From IMG/VR virus record IMGVR_UViG_3300008255_000098: DNA of 64,000 nucleotides; one strand, given 5' to 3'. Of the stretch, positions 1 to 8,827 are shown in pieces. The position numbers were made by a program, and so were the translations under genes. The first letter of the stretch is position 1. Each line of letters starts with the position of its first letter. The DNA comes from a virus (lineage: Duplodnaviria; Caudoviricetes). The notes beneath the pieces are model-generated. The model searched no databases. It was given only the letters and a program-made list of their open reading frames with translations, and was not told the origin of the DNA.

Positions 1-33
1 CTCTGACGGAAGATATGGATATATCAGAAGACT

Positions 34-273
34 CTAATCTAAAACAGTAATTTCCCAAAATTGTTGGAACATACTCACAGACCTATATTTTCTATTGATA
101 AATTTGTTTTTAACTAAAATATCAATATACAACAATCTTTCTTCTTCATCCCATTCGACAGAAGAAATTATTCCATAATCATTCTCGAAAAGAGATAGTA
201 TCTGTTCATTTACAGTAGTTTTAGGTTTTACTAACTTACCTAAAAACATTTTTTCAATTTTCGAACCGGGCAT
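34..273 (-). CDS. hypothetical protein
   Basis: 79 aa ORF directly downstream of and co-oriented with the HAD gene; no recognisable motif. Confidence 0.5.
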   Translation of the reverse strand: MPGSKIEKMFLGKLVKPKTTVNEQILSLFENDYGIISSVEWDEEERLLYIDILVKNKFINRKYRSVSMFQQFWEITVLD

Positions 274-275
274 TT

Positions 276-833
276 TTAAACCAATTCAATTAAAAAGGTA
301 ATATTTGGAAATTCTTTCTCTAGCTCTTTTGCCGCAGCGATGTTTCCTTCGTTGTCATCAAAATATACTAAAAATCCTAAATTTCTGGCTATAATCTGTT
401 TACGAATCCACTTTTTCTTACGAGTAGCTGCAACATGACGATCACTAAGAGTTGGATTTTTGAGTCCGACTGGAATAACTTGTACGCTACTAATACCAAA
501 TTTTTTTAAAAATTTATAAACTGGCGACGGGTCAAATCGTGCAGTCAAAATTACCACATTATCAGGCCCAAGAGTTCTTATATCTTCAATAAATTCTTGG
601 AATAGTGGTAAAGTTTGCATATTAGAAAGATTTTCTAGTTCTGATAAATCAAACTCTTCGTTTGGCTTAAGCTCGTACTCATAAAATTTACTTACAGGAA
701 TTTGCTTCCTTTTTTTTGTTTTTGTATTTTTGATATGCACAATAGACTTTGTAAAGACAAGAGTATCATCAAAATCATATATATGCAATGTATTTTTACT
801 AGTATTTTTCAAGAGCCCTTTTAAATATATCAT
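276..833 (-). CDS. HAD-superfamily phosphatase (polynucleotide kinase-phosphatase / RNA-repair HAD-like)
   Basis: HAD motif I IYDFDDTL, motif II VILTAR, motif IV YFDDNEGN. Confidence 0.75.
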   Translation of the reverse strand: MIYLKGLLKNTSKNTLHIYDFDDTLVFTKSIVHIKNTKTKKRKQIPVSKFYEYELKPNEEFDLSELENLSNMQTLPLFQEFIEDIRTLGPDNVVILTARFDPSPVYKFLKKFGISSVQVIPVGLKNPTLSDRHVAATRKKKWIRKQIIARNLGFLVYFDDNEGNIAAAKELEKEFPNITFLIELV

Positions 834-925
834 AAATTAAAAAGTTTTTGGACTAATTTAGTTTGACGTGAATTTCAAAACTAGGATAATCTGTGTGAAT
901 AATTTAGACTAAAATTTCCCAATTT

Positions 926-1083
926 TATTAGAAAACGAAAATTAAAAACGCAAACAGGATTTACAAAATTAGATTTGTATACTGTACTTAGTGAATAAGA
1001 GGAGTCCGAAATCATCAAAAAAAGTTATGAATCCTCCAAAACCTATCCTGTCAGTTATGCTGTCGTGAGTGGGTAATTCACTA
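926..1083 (+). mobile_element. non-autonomous IS200/IS605-type tnpB-element remnant
   Basis: 934-1026 is near-identical to 4589-4679; ends in GCTGTCGTGAGTGGGTAATTCAC, a variant of the GGGTAGTTCAC right end shared by other copies. Confidence 0.65.
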
Positions 1084-1119
1084 TTACAAGTTTCTTTTCT
1101 ATTTAGTTCATAACCACTA

Positions 1120-1125
1120 TATTTA
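1120..1125 (+). promoter_or_regulatory. putative late promoter motif TATTTA
   Basis: 7 nt upstream of the neck gene ATG; the same motif recurs before more than 20 late genes. Confidence 0.55.
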
Positions 1126-1132
1126 ATAAATA

Positions 1133-2410
1133 ATGGCAACCTTTTTAACAACGCTAAATCCAACAAACTTTGGATTTTTTGACGCAGATAAAGTATTCCA
1201 AAAGGATGCTGATAAAATTGTTATGTTTGTTCTACGCAAGCTCGGCGAAGATGTTTTATCAGTTGAGCTTACAAAAAAACAAATTTGGTCATGTTTTGAA
1301 GAAGCAACACTGGCGTTTAACGCCCAAATTATTGAATATCAGGCTAAATCAAATTTGGCTTCATTACTAGGTCACCCTACGGGGTCAGTAGACCCAAACA
1401 ACCCTACTGAGAACACAGCTAAACTTGACATCAACCTAACGGATAATTATGTTCGGCCCAACCTTGAATTTTTAGTTAGACAGGCAGAACCATATGCTTC
1501 TGAGGTTGGATTCGGACAATCTTTAGATACATACAGCGGCTCAATAACTTTACAGCGGGCACAACAAGATTATGACCTTTATACAGATCTCAAAGATGGA
1601 GACGGAAATCCTTTAAGTACTTTCATGCCCGCAGGCAGCAAAGGACGAATGAAGATTGTTGAAGTATATCACACAGCGCCTATTCAGTTTGTGTACAACT
1701 CTAACTTGGCGTCCAACTTCATTGCTTCAGGAATGCCGGTAGAAAGTTTTATTCCAGACACTAGGTTTTATGTTTTGCCGTTGTTTGAAGATATCCTTCG
1801 AGCACAAATGCTTGAAACTGCTCAGCGTGTTCGCCGTTCTCACTATCATTATAGAATAGATGGAAGAAATCTTAGGATTTATCCAACTCCAAATAATTTA
1901 CTTCCAGGATTTAGTGATAAACTTTGGGTACGTGTAGCATTCCCGCCTTCAGCGGTACCTGGAGTTATAGGAACAGATTTTGTGAGTGGAACACTAAGTC
2001 TTAGCGGCGGGCAACGACCAGCTGTGCAAGATGATACTCTTTTTGGCGTTTCTCACCCAGCTAACATTCCTTTTGGTTTGATTAATTATTCTTCTCTGAA
2101 CCCGTGGGCAAAATATTGGATTTACCAATATACCCTAGCTTGCTCTAAAGAAATATTGGGGCTTATTAGAGGAAAAATAAAAAGCTTTCCAATCCCAGGT
2201 GCTGAACTTCAGTTAAATGGTGATGAACTAATAACCCAGGCACGAGAAGACAAAAAGGATCTTTTGTCTGGTGAAGGCGGACTGAAACAAACCTTAGACA
2301 ATCTTACATATGATAAACTAGCCGAGACATCAGCAAATAAAGCAGAATTTGAGTTGAAACAACTACAGATGACGCCTATACCACCAAAATATAATATTTC
2401 TTTTGGGTAA
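1133..2410 (+). CDS. neck protein / head-tail adaptor (T4 gp13-like)
   Basis: 425 aa; LRKLGEDVLSVELTKKQIWSCFEEA N-terminus and LACSKEILGLIRGK...LPG.LNG C-terminal pattern typical of gp13-like neck proteins; morphogenesis context. Confidence 0.7.
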   Translation: MATFLTTLNPTNFGFFDADKVFQKDADKIVMFVLRKLGEDVLSVELTKKQIWSCFEEATLAFNAQIIEYQAKSNLASLLGHPTGSVDPNNPTENTAKLDINLTDNYVRPNLEFLVRQAEPYASEVGFGQSLDTYSGSITLQRAQQDYDLYTDLKDGDGNPLSTFMPAGSKGRMKIVEVYHTAPIQFVYNSNLASNFIASGMPVESFIPDTRFYVLPLFEDILRAQMLETAQRVRRSHYHYRIDGRNLRIYPTPNNLLPGFSDKLWVRVAFPPSAVPGVIGTDFVSGTLSLSGGQRPAVQDDTLFGVSHPANIPFGLINYSSLNPWAKYWIYQYTLACSKEILGLIRGKIKSFPIPGAELQLNGDELITQAREDKKDLLSGEGGLKQTLDNLTYDKLAETSANKAEFELKQLQMTPIPPKYNISFG

Positions 2411-2487
2411 ATTATACAAACATGACCTTTAGGTTCCATATTCACGCCCAATGATAATACCATGCCGATTTTGGGATTATACAATTA

Positions 2488-2534
2488 GTGAACTACCCAC
2501 CCCATCGCTTTGGGCCGTCGCCGTGAAGATAGTC
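2488..2534 (-). mobile_element. isolated tnpB-element right end
   Basis: reverse strand reads ...CCCAAAGCGATGGGGTGGGTAGTTCAC, matching the right-end consensus of the other copies. Confidence 0.55.
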
Positions 2535-2613
2535 AAAATATAACAAGAAATTACTGCATTATTATTAGATTCAAATCCTTGTAATTTTGTGTTATGGTTA
2601 GGTCGAGGTGTGA

Positions 2614-3510
2614 ATGAACAGTTTAATTTCGCAACACTTGCGTCAGATCTCAATCTTGTATCAAATTCAAGGTAACACTTGGCGTTCTAGAGCCTTCACC
2701 CAGGCCGCAGAGGGCGTAGAAAGTTTTGATGAACTCATCTCTGATAAAAATGTTACGTCGATTATAGGGGTTGGTAAGGGTATTAGTAGAAGCATTCTTG
2801 AATATCAAAAAACTGGTACCTCCCTAAAGTTTGACGAACTTAGTAAAGAAATTGATCCACAATGCCTTTCGATGCTTGCAGTAAAAAGTGTTGGACCAAA
2901 AACTGCATGGAAATTTTACCAAAATGGAATCAAAAACTTTGATGAAATGGTTGTTGCCTGGAAAAAAGGAAAACTCGATGATCGTTTTGACGAGCCTATG
3001 CGTCAAGCTATTAACAAGAAAGAAGCACGTATAAATAAATATACTGCAAAAAAAATGGCAGATGCGATGTTGGCCGCTCTTAAACTTCAAGAAGGGGTTA
3101 TTCGTGCAGAAGTTGCAGGTTCAGTGCGTCGTGGAAAAGAAACCTCTAAGGACATTGACATTTTAGTATCTGGAAAAACTTCTGCTCGTAGTGGTTTTAT
3201 TTCTGCGTTTACAAAACTTGGAAAAATAATAAATGTTGGGGATACTAAGTCTTCAATTTGGTTTACTCTTGGAGAAAATACCATTCAGGCAGATTTGCTT
3301 GTTGTCCCTGATAATTCTTTTGGAGCCGCTTTGCAATATTTCACTGGTTCAAAGGCACACAATATTGAAATTCGAGCGAGAGCACAAAAATTGGGATATA
3401 AAGTGAATGAAAAAGGTATTTTCCAAGGAACAAAAAAGGTCGGCGGCAAGAACGAGGAAGATATTTATAATATTTTAAATGTCAAAATGCCGTCGCCTGA
3501 AGAGAGATAA
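2614..3510 (+). CDS. polX: DNA polymerase X family (PolX, no PHP domain)
   Basis: N-terminal lyase/HhH region (WRSRAFTQAA, IIGVGKGI), AGSVRRGKETSKDIDILV, QADL and YFTGSKAHN motifs. Confidence 0.9.
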   Translation: MNSLISQHLRQISILYQIQGNTWRSRAFTQAAEGVESFDELISDKNVTSIIGVGKGISRSILEYQKTGTSLKFDELSKEIDPQCLSMLAVKSVGPKTAWKFYQNGIKNFDEMVVAWKKGKLDDRFDEPMRQAINKKEARINKYTAKKMADAMLAALKLQEGVIRAEVAGSVRRGKETSKDIDILVSGKTSARSGFISAFTKLGKIINVGDTKSSIWFTLGENTIQADLLVVPDNSFGAALQYFTGSKAHNIEIRARAQKLGYKVNEKGIFQGTKKVGGKNEEDIYNILNVKMPSPEER

Positions 3511-3530
3511 AATATAATAGATTTTGAATT

Positions 3531-3567
3531 TAAAAGGACAGACTATCCAGGATAGTCTGTCCTTTTA
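3531..3567. terminator. perfect 18-bp inverted repeat, likely bidirectional intrinsic terminator
   Basis: TAAAAGGACAGACTATCC-A-GGATAGTCTGTCCTTTTA just after the polX stop. Confidence 0.75.
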
Positions 3568-3608
3568 TTTAAAATTGTTCTTAGAACAATAATATTTACA
3601 AAAGAACA

Positions 3609-4424
3609 ATGGAACTCAAAAATATCGTAGAACTCTTGGTGGAACAAATTATTTCGGAAGTTGCTGAAGCGCCTGAGAATGCACCATTTGGAAATTTCTT
3701 ATTCGCACCTCGGCGTGATGACTTAACACCGGACGAACAAAAAGAACAAAATACAAAAATAGAACAAGAGTTTTTTAATGCGCTTAAAGACCATTATTCA
3801 GGAAGAGATTCTGAAGGTTTAGGAATGCTTGCAAAGAAACTTTTGTCGGTAAAACAAAAAGGCTGGTATTCAAAAATTTTGACTCCTGTAAATGAGATAG
3901 TATATCGTTTTCTTACAAAAGTTTCAGTATATAAAGCAGCTAAGATTGTCAATAGCACTCGACAATATTTGGTTGGTGAACCAATAACTAAAAAAAATAT
4001 TGAAGACTACAATAAAGGAGATGGTAATAATATTAATTCAATAACAAATATAACCAATCATGGACCTGGGATATTGCACCCTGACAGAGATTCAGCATTC
4101 TCGTATGGTATACAATCTTGGTCTGCAAATCTAATCTTGGATTGGATCATAGATGATTTAGACGCTCCAAGCCTTGGACCAAAAGAGAGCGCAATCGTTA
4201 TTGCAGCAAAAACAAACAATAACAAAAACTTTTTTTTGAATCCAAGTGGTATTGAAAAAGTTAATAGCTTGCCCTCGTTTGCTTATTAACAAGATGAGGT
4301 CGTATCTTATGGACCCATAAATTTTGATGAAGCTTTCGTTATAACAAACAAATCAACTAATGTTCATATTAGTCCTGAAGACTATCTTACACCTTTGTTG
4401 AAGTTTACAAAGACTCGTAAATAG
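3609..4424 (+). pseudogene. R-S-E clade ADP-ribosyltransferase-like protein with capsid-leader, interrupted by in-frame TAA at 4287
   Basis: IVYRF (R), QSWS (S) and, read through the stop, QDEVVSYGP (QxE); collinear with paralog 27270-28384 (IVFRG, MSWS, EGETLSIGP). Confidence 0.65.
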
Positions 4425-4544
4425 TCGTTAGGTATACAATCTTGGTCTGCAAATCTAAACATGGATTGGGTCATAGAAGATTTAGGCACTCCAAGCCTTG
4501 GACCAAAAGAGAGCGCAATCGTTATTGCAGTAAAAACAAACAAC
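4101..4544 (+). repeat. ~120 bp diverged direct duplication (4101-4220 vs 4425-4544)
   Basis: about 10 mismatches in 120 nt; copies 324 nt apart, in the same frame. Confidence 0.9.
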
Positions 4545-4545
4545 T

Positions 4546-4566
4546 GTGAACTACCAGATAGTTCAC
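4546..4566. mobile_element. two tnpB-element right ends fused back to back
   Basis: GTGAACTACC-AGATAGTTCAC palindrome; each half matches the right-end motif. Confidence 0.5.
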
Positions 4567-4582
4567 GTTGGTTCAAATGTTG

Positions 4583-4859
4583 TTAGATAACGAAAATTAA
4601 AAACGCAAACAGGGTTTGCAAATTCGTTTGTATACTATACTTAACAAATAAGAGGAATCCGAAATTATCAAAAAAAGTTGGAATGTAAAAAAACATCAAA
4701 GATAATACGTAAAAACAATATTTTAAAAATATTGTCTGGTTCGGGAACTGAGTCGGACACTAAACAAAAACGGAATAAGGCGTTGTCATCATTAGGGCGA
4801 GTCTGTGACCTCCGAAATCTATCACACGACAGCATAGCTGTCGTAGAAGGGTAGTTCAC
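4583..4859 (+). mobile_element. non-autonomous tnpB-element remnant (promoter region + tnpB 3' end/omega-RNA region + right end)
   Basis: remnant SGSGTESDTKQKR...LGRVCD resembles TnpB C-terminal tails; ends GCTGTCGTAGAAGGGTAGTTCAC 4 nt before the next ATG. Confidence 0.75.
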
Positions 4860-4863
4860 TGTT

Positions 4864-5565
4864 ATGGCTAGATTATTTGTTACAAATCGTGAGATGCAAT
4901 TTATAAACGATGTGACTAAGGAATATATTAAAGATATTTCTGGCCAATATATTGTTTATTACCCAATTTCAATCTTAAAAACTCAGGTTCACCCAGTATA
5001 TGATGAGGCTATACAAAAAATATTTGATAACCCTATCAAAATAGATGCTGTAGTTAGTCAGCCAGAGAGCAGCAACTCTATTGGTAATTTTACCGTAGAA
5101 GCAACCACAAAACTAGAGATTTTTATTCAATCACGAGATTTGTTGGACAAAGGGTTTCAACCAGAACAAGGTGATTTTTTTAGTTACGGTGCTGAAGTAT
5201 TTGAAGTTTTAACATCAGTTGAGCTTGGAGACATGTTTGGCCAGGCAGAATACAATATTTATTGGAAACTGACTAGTAAACTTGCAAGGTCTGGAAGATT
5301 TGATCTTCCTGATTTCAAGAAGCTCCTAAGGGATGCTAGATCCTTTAAAGACGCTAGTATACAAAAAACTTTTGAACAACAGCGAGGCCTGGCAGAGAAT
5401 GAAACAGATGGTGCCTTGGGGGATGTAAGGCAAGTTCGTGAAAGGCTTGCTGACGACATGGCTCCGATAGCCCTGGATGAAGGGCCTAGAAAAGTAACGA
5501 CAACAGACGAAGATATATCCGACACTACCGGAGAAGGTGGAACAACTTCTTTTTATAACGAATAA
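4864..5565 (+). CDS. neck / head-closure protein (T4 gp14-like)
   Basis: MARLF...GQYIVYYPIS...HPVYDEA and PEQGDFFSYG motifs; position in head-tail joining cluster. Confidence 0.65.
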   Translation: MARLFVTNREMQFINDVTKEYIKDISGQYIVYYPISILKTQVHPVYDEAIQKIFDNPIKIDAVVSQPESSNSIGNFTVEATTKLEIFIQSRDLLDKGFQPEQGDFFSYGAEVFEVLTSVELGDMFGQAEYNIYWKLTSKLARSGRFDLPDFKKLLRDARSFKDASIQKTFEQQRGLAENETDGALGDVRQVRERLADDMAPIALDEGPRKVTTTDEDISDTTGEGGTTSFYNE

Positions 5566-5574
5566 AAAAAATAA

Positions 5575-6057
5575 ATGATTACAAAATTAAAAAAGCCAAG
5601 AAAGAAAAAATCACATTTTAAAACTGGCGTTCATATATCAGTTAAATGTAAAAATGGGCCTGCAAAATATCGAAGCGGATGGGAAAAAATTGTTTGTGAG
5701 ATGTTAGATTTTGATACAAACGTTTTGTATTATGAATACGAGCCATTTAAACTACAATGGTGTTCAAATATGAAAACTTGTAGAATTAGAACTTACATTC
5801 CTGACTTTTTAGTTGTATACTGTAACGGAACTAAAAAACTTGTTGAAGTTAAAAGCAATAGATTTTTGAATAGCAAACACGTACAAAAAAAGGCAATGAT
5901 AGGAAAATCATGGGCACAAAGAAACAACGCAGAATATCAGTTTTGGACGGATCAAAAAATTGCAGCATTCAAGAAGATTCTTCAAGCGAACAAAAAAACG
6001 CCAGTTGTGAAGAAAAAGAAAAAAGTACAATCAAAAAAAGTGGTCCTTGTAGGTTAG
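5575..6057 (+). CDS. head completion nuclease (T4 gp4 / TnsA N-terminal PD-(D/E)xK-like)
   Basis: YRSGWE, YEYEP, YIPDF and VEVKS motifs. Confidence 0.75.
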   Translation: MITKLKKPRKKKSHFKTGVHISVKCKNGPAKYRSGWEKIVCEMLDFDTNVLYYEYEPFKLQWCSNMKTCRIRTYIPDFLVVYCNGTKKLVEVKSNRFLNSKHVQKKAMIGKSWAQRNNAEYQFWTDQKIAAFKKILQANKKTPVVKKKKKVQSKKVVLVG

Positions 6058-6629
6058 TAGATATTGGATTAGATATTTCCACCTCGGCAGTCGGGATTGC
6101 AGTTTTAGATTCGGTGACCGGGGAAATGATAAAAATAAAAACTATTAGACTGGATAAGGCAAAATTTAAAGATATCTGGGATAAGGCGTCAGAGATTAAA
6201 AAATCCTTCAAGTCTATAATAGATGGACAGTGTGATCTCAAGCGAATTTTTGTTGAACAATCTCACATGAGATTCACTCCTGGATTTTCTAGTGCAAAGA
6301 CGCTTTTTGCTCTATCGAGGTTCAATGGCATTGTTTCATATATTGGATATGAACTTTTCCAAGTAAAGCCAATGATGATAAATGTTAGAACTGGTAGAAA
6401 GAAGCTTGGAATTAAAATTGACAGAAAAGACAAGACGAAAGACAATAAGACAAAAATCTTCGAGGCTGTAAGGTTGTTACACCCAGAGTTCCCTTGGATA
6501 CAACATTTAGCAAAATCTGGTAAACAAAAAGGCAAGATGGTCTATGACAAATATAACTTTGATATGGCCGATGCGTACATAACAGCAGCCGCAGGCCAGA
6601 TTGAGTATCCATACACAGTAGGTAAATAA
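5910..6629 (+). CDS. RuvC-like Holliday junction resolvase
   Basis: IGLDISTSAVG, IFVEQ and DMADAY catalytic motifs; true start uncertain (long overlap with the upstream gene). Confidence 0.8.
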   Translation: MGTKKQRRISVLDGSKNCSIQEDSSSEQKNASCEEKEKSTIKKSGPCRLVDIGLDISTSAVGIAVLDSVTGEMIKIKTIRLDKAKFKDIWDKASEIKKSFKSIIDGQCDLKRIFVEQSHMRFTPGFSSAKTLFALSRFNGIVSYIGYELFQVKPMMINVRTGRKKLGIKIDRKDKTKDNKTKIFEAVRLLHPEFPWIQHLAKSGKQKGKMVYDKYNFDMADAYITAAAGQIEYPYTVGK

Positions 6630-7009
6630 TGTTTATTCCAGGAGACATTGTTTCTGGGAAAACTGACACAAAGGACCTTACACCAGGACATGTGTCACGA
6701 AATCCATATGATGAAGATTTAGAAATTTTCTACTCAAAATACAAAGAGATATTGTTGGCCATAGAATATCCGGCCATAAGGTATTCAGAAAAATATAAAA
6801 ATATAATTGCAGATACCGAAGAGAGAAAAATCAAAAAAATTAAAAAGATTAATTGCAATATGGTTGGTTTGGTTGTAGAGGTCGCCGATGGCGATGGCAG
6901 TGATAACCATAAAAATGGGGTGGTTGCAGTTTTAGTCGGAGAAGAGATTTTGTGGTTTTTTTCTCATGACTTACAACTTTTAAAATTTTCTACCATAAAA
7001 ACAAAATGA
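6629..7009 (+). CDS. hypothetical protein
   Basis: 126 aa ORF translationally coupled to neighbours on both sides. Confidence 0.6.
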   Translation: MFIPGDIVSGKTDTKDLTPGHVSRNPYDEDLEIFYSKYKEILLAIEYPAIRYSEKYKNIIADTEERKIKKIKKINCNMVGLVVEVADGDGSDNHKNGVVAVLVGEEILWFFSHDLQLLKFSTIKTK

Positions 7010-7614
7010 AAAAAAATAAGAAAAAAGTGGAACGAGACCCGAATGATTTTTATGAAACACCTAACTGGTGTACAGAACGGCTCTTAGAAAAAGTATCTTC
7101 ACGTTTACAGGTTGGAAACTGGTTGGAGCCATGTGCTGGTGCAGGTGCTATAATTAGAACAATTAAAAATTCTGGGATTACTCCTAAATTTACAGCAGTT
7201 GAATTACAAGATAAATTCAAGCCATACTTAGAAAATATTATTGACCCAACAGAAGTTTTTATTACGGATTACATGACTTGGAATCCGAAGAAAAATATTA
7301 AATTTGACGTAGCTATTGGGAACCCTCCATATAAATTTGCCCAACAGGTTATAGAACATTCTATGCAACACGCAAAACAAGTTTGTATGTTGTTGCGTTT
7401 AAACTTTTTGGGTTCCGAAAAACGTTGTGAGTGGCTCAAAAAAACTAATCCTGATATTTTTATTCTTCCAAATCGGCCCTCTTTTAGAGGAAAAGGAACA
7501 GACGCAACTGAATATGCGTGGTTTTTTTGGGATGACAAATCAAACGGGAAAATTACAATTTTAGATTTGACTTCAAAACTTGTAAGGTCCGCAGAAAAAA
7601 ATCTACCAAAATAG
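7006..7614 (+). CDS. DNA amino-methyltransferase (N6-adenine/N4-cytosine)
   Basis: DFYETP, LEPCAGAG SAM-binding motif, NPPY catalytic motif. Confidence 0.85.
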   Translation: MKKNKKKVERDPNDFYETPNWCTERLLEKVSSRLQVGNWLEPCAGAGAIIRTIKNSGITPKFTAVELQDKFKPYLENIIDPTEVFITDYMTWNPKKNIKFDVAIGNPPYKFAQQVIEHSMQHAKQVCMLLRLNFLGSEKRCEWLKKTNPDIFILPNRPSFRGKGTDATEYAWFFWDDKSNGKITILDLTSKLVRSAEKNLPK

Positions 7615-7657
7615 TTTTCTAAACACAGACTAGTGTTTTGTTACCTGTTTGTAAAAC

Positions 7658-8013
7658 GGAGCGTAAAAAACCCATCCATCGTTTTTACGTGTCGGATGGG
7701 ATGCCAAAAAAGCGACAAACGCTAACCTTGTGTGTAATTTTTTTAGACATAATGAAAGCAAATTTTTGTAAATGAATGAAAGCATTAAAAATTTAGACTA
7801 TCTAACAGTAGAATGCAGCAAAGAATATACTTAAAAACAAGGTATAAATATATTGTCGGATTCTGGGACTGAATCCTATGTTTTTTAAAGCAAAATAGAA
7901 GTGAGACATTTTTACCATTTATTTTAGATGAGACTACGGCTCCAGAAGAAGAAGAAGAAGAAGAAGCTCAACCCACCAACTTTTTAAGCTGCCGAGAGCG
8001 GGCAGTTCTTCAC
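7658..8013 (+). mobile_element. non-autonomous tnpB element with left-end hairpin and degenerate right end
   Basis: GGAGCGTAAAAAACCCATCC...GGATGGG left end; interior highly similar to the reverse complement of 37769-38060 and to 26423-26788. Confidence 0.75.
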
Positions 8014-8028
8014 AGTGGAATAAACATT

Positions 8029-8787
8029 ATGAAAATTTTACAAGAAATATATTATGAGATTGCTAAAGTTTTACTCGAAATTAAAACCAATTTCAGTATG
8101 CAGGAGTTTAAAAATCTTCAGTCATTAGAAGATATGGTAAAATATGCTGATACTCACTTGCAAAAATTAGGCGCAGGCTCTAGCAGAGTCGCTTACTTGC
8201 TAAGCAATCGGTATGTACTAAAACTCGCTATTCCCGCTGCGGCGGATAAAGGCATAGGCCAAAACAAGGGGGAAGTTAGTGTTTTTACAAACCCAAAAGC
8301 AAAGAATATTGTTAGTGCAGTTTACGATTATAACCCAAAATATCACTGGCTCATTTCAGAGCTAGCTAGACCAGTAAAATCTCCTCAAGAGTTTGAGCAG
8401 CTTGCTGGTATTTCTTGGAATAATTTTTCTACCATGATTAAAAACTATAAAAGCTGGCAAGAAATTATTAATGATCAAGATGCCGAGTATAATGATGCAC
8501 TAGCTAAAATGCAAAATAGAATTAATGCTCTTCCGCAAGGAACTAAGCCGCCAGACATTTTGCAAAACAAAATAAATAGACTTCTTAACCTAAAGAAAGA
8601 ACTAGCCGCAGTGAGCAAGAATCCAATTTTATTAGGTGCGTTATCCTTGATAACTGAAGTAGGTCTAATGCCGGGTGATATTGAAGAGTGGGACCACTGG
8701 GCTAAAACTGCCGATGGGAGACTAATAATAATTGATTATGGATTTACTAGAGATTTAGTAGATCTGTACAAAACTAAGGTTGCATAA
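8029..8787 (+). CDS. protein kinase-like fold protein with capsid-leader
   Basis: LGAGSSRVAY glycine loop, VLK lysine, GE alphaC, PGDI catalytic Asp, IIDYG (DFG-equivalent); paralog at 38978. Confidence 0.7.
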   Translation: MKILQEIYYEIAKVLLEIKTNFSMQEFKNLQSLEDMVKYADTHLQKLGAGSSRVAYLLSNRYVLKLAIPAAADKGIGQNKGEVSVFTNPKAKNIVSAVYDYNPKYHWLISELARPVKSPQEFEQLAGISWNNFSTMIKNYKSWQEIINDQDAEYNDALAKMQNRINALPQGTKPPDILQNKINRLLNLKKELAAVSKNPILLGALSLITEVGLMPGDIEEWDHWAKTADGRLIIIDYGFTRDLVDLYKTKVA

Positions 8788-8827
8788 CATTATCAAATAA
8801 TGTTGTACATGAGCCTATTTATATCAA

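Noticed and set aside
4287-4424. Stop-codon reassignment (alternative genetic code) explaining in-frame stops
   Set aside because: TAA, TAG and TGA all terminate conserved core genes here (MCP TAA, sheath 2 TAG, gp25 TGA), so the code is standard.
4101-4544. Diversity-generating retroelement TR/VR pair
   Set aside because: Mismatches are not confined to adenines of one copy (C/T and T/C changes occur), and no reverse transcriptase is in the window.
7945-7965. (GAA)7 run, and (CTT)7 at 36600-36620, as functional repeats
   Set aside because: Both are simple intergenic microsatellites. The first is an expansion of a single GAAG found in sibling element copies, and there is no evidence of function.
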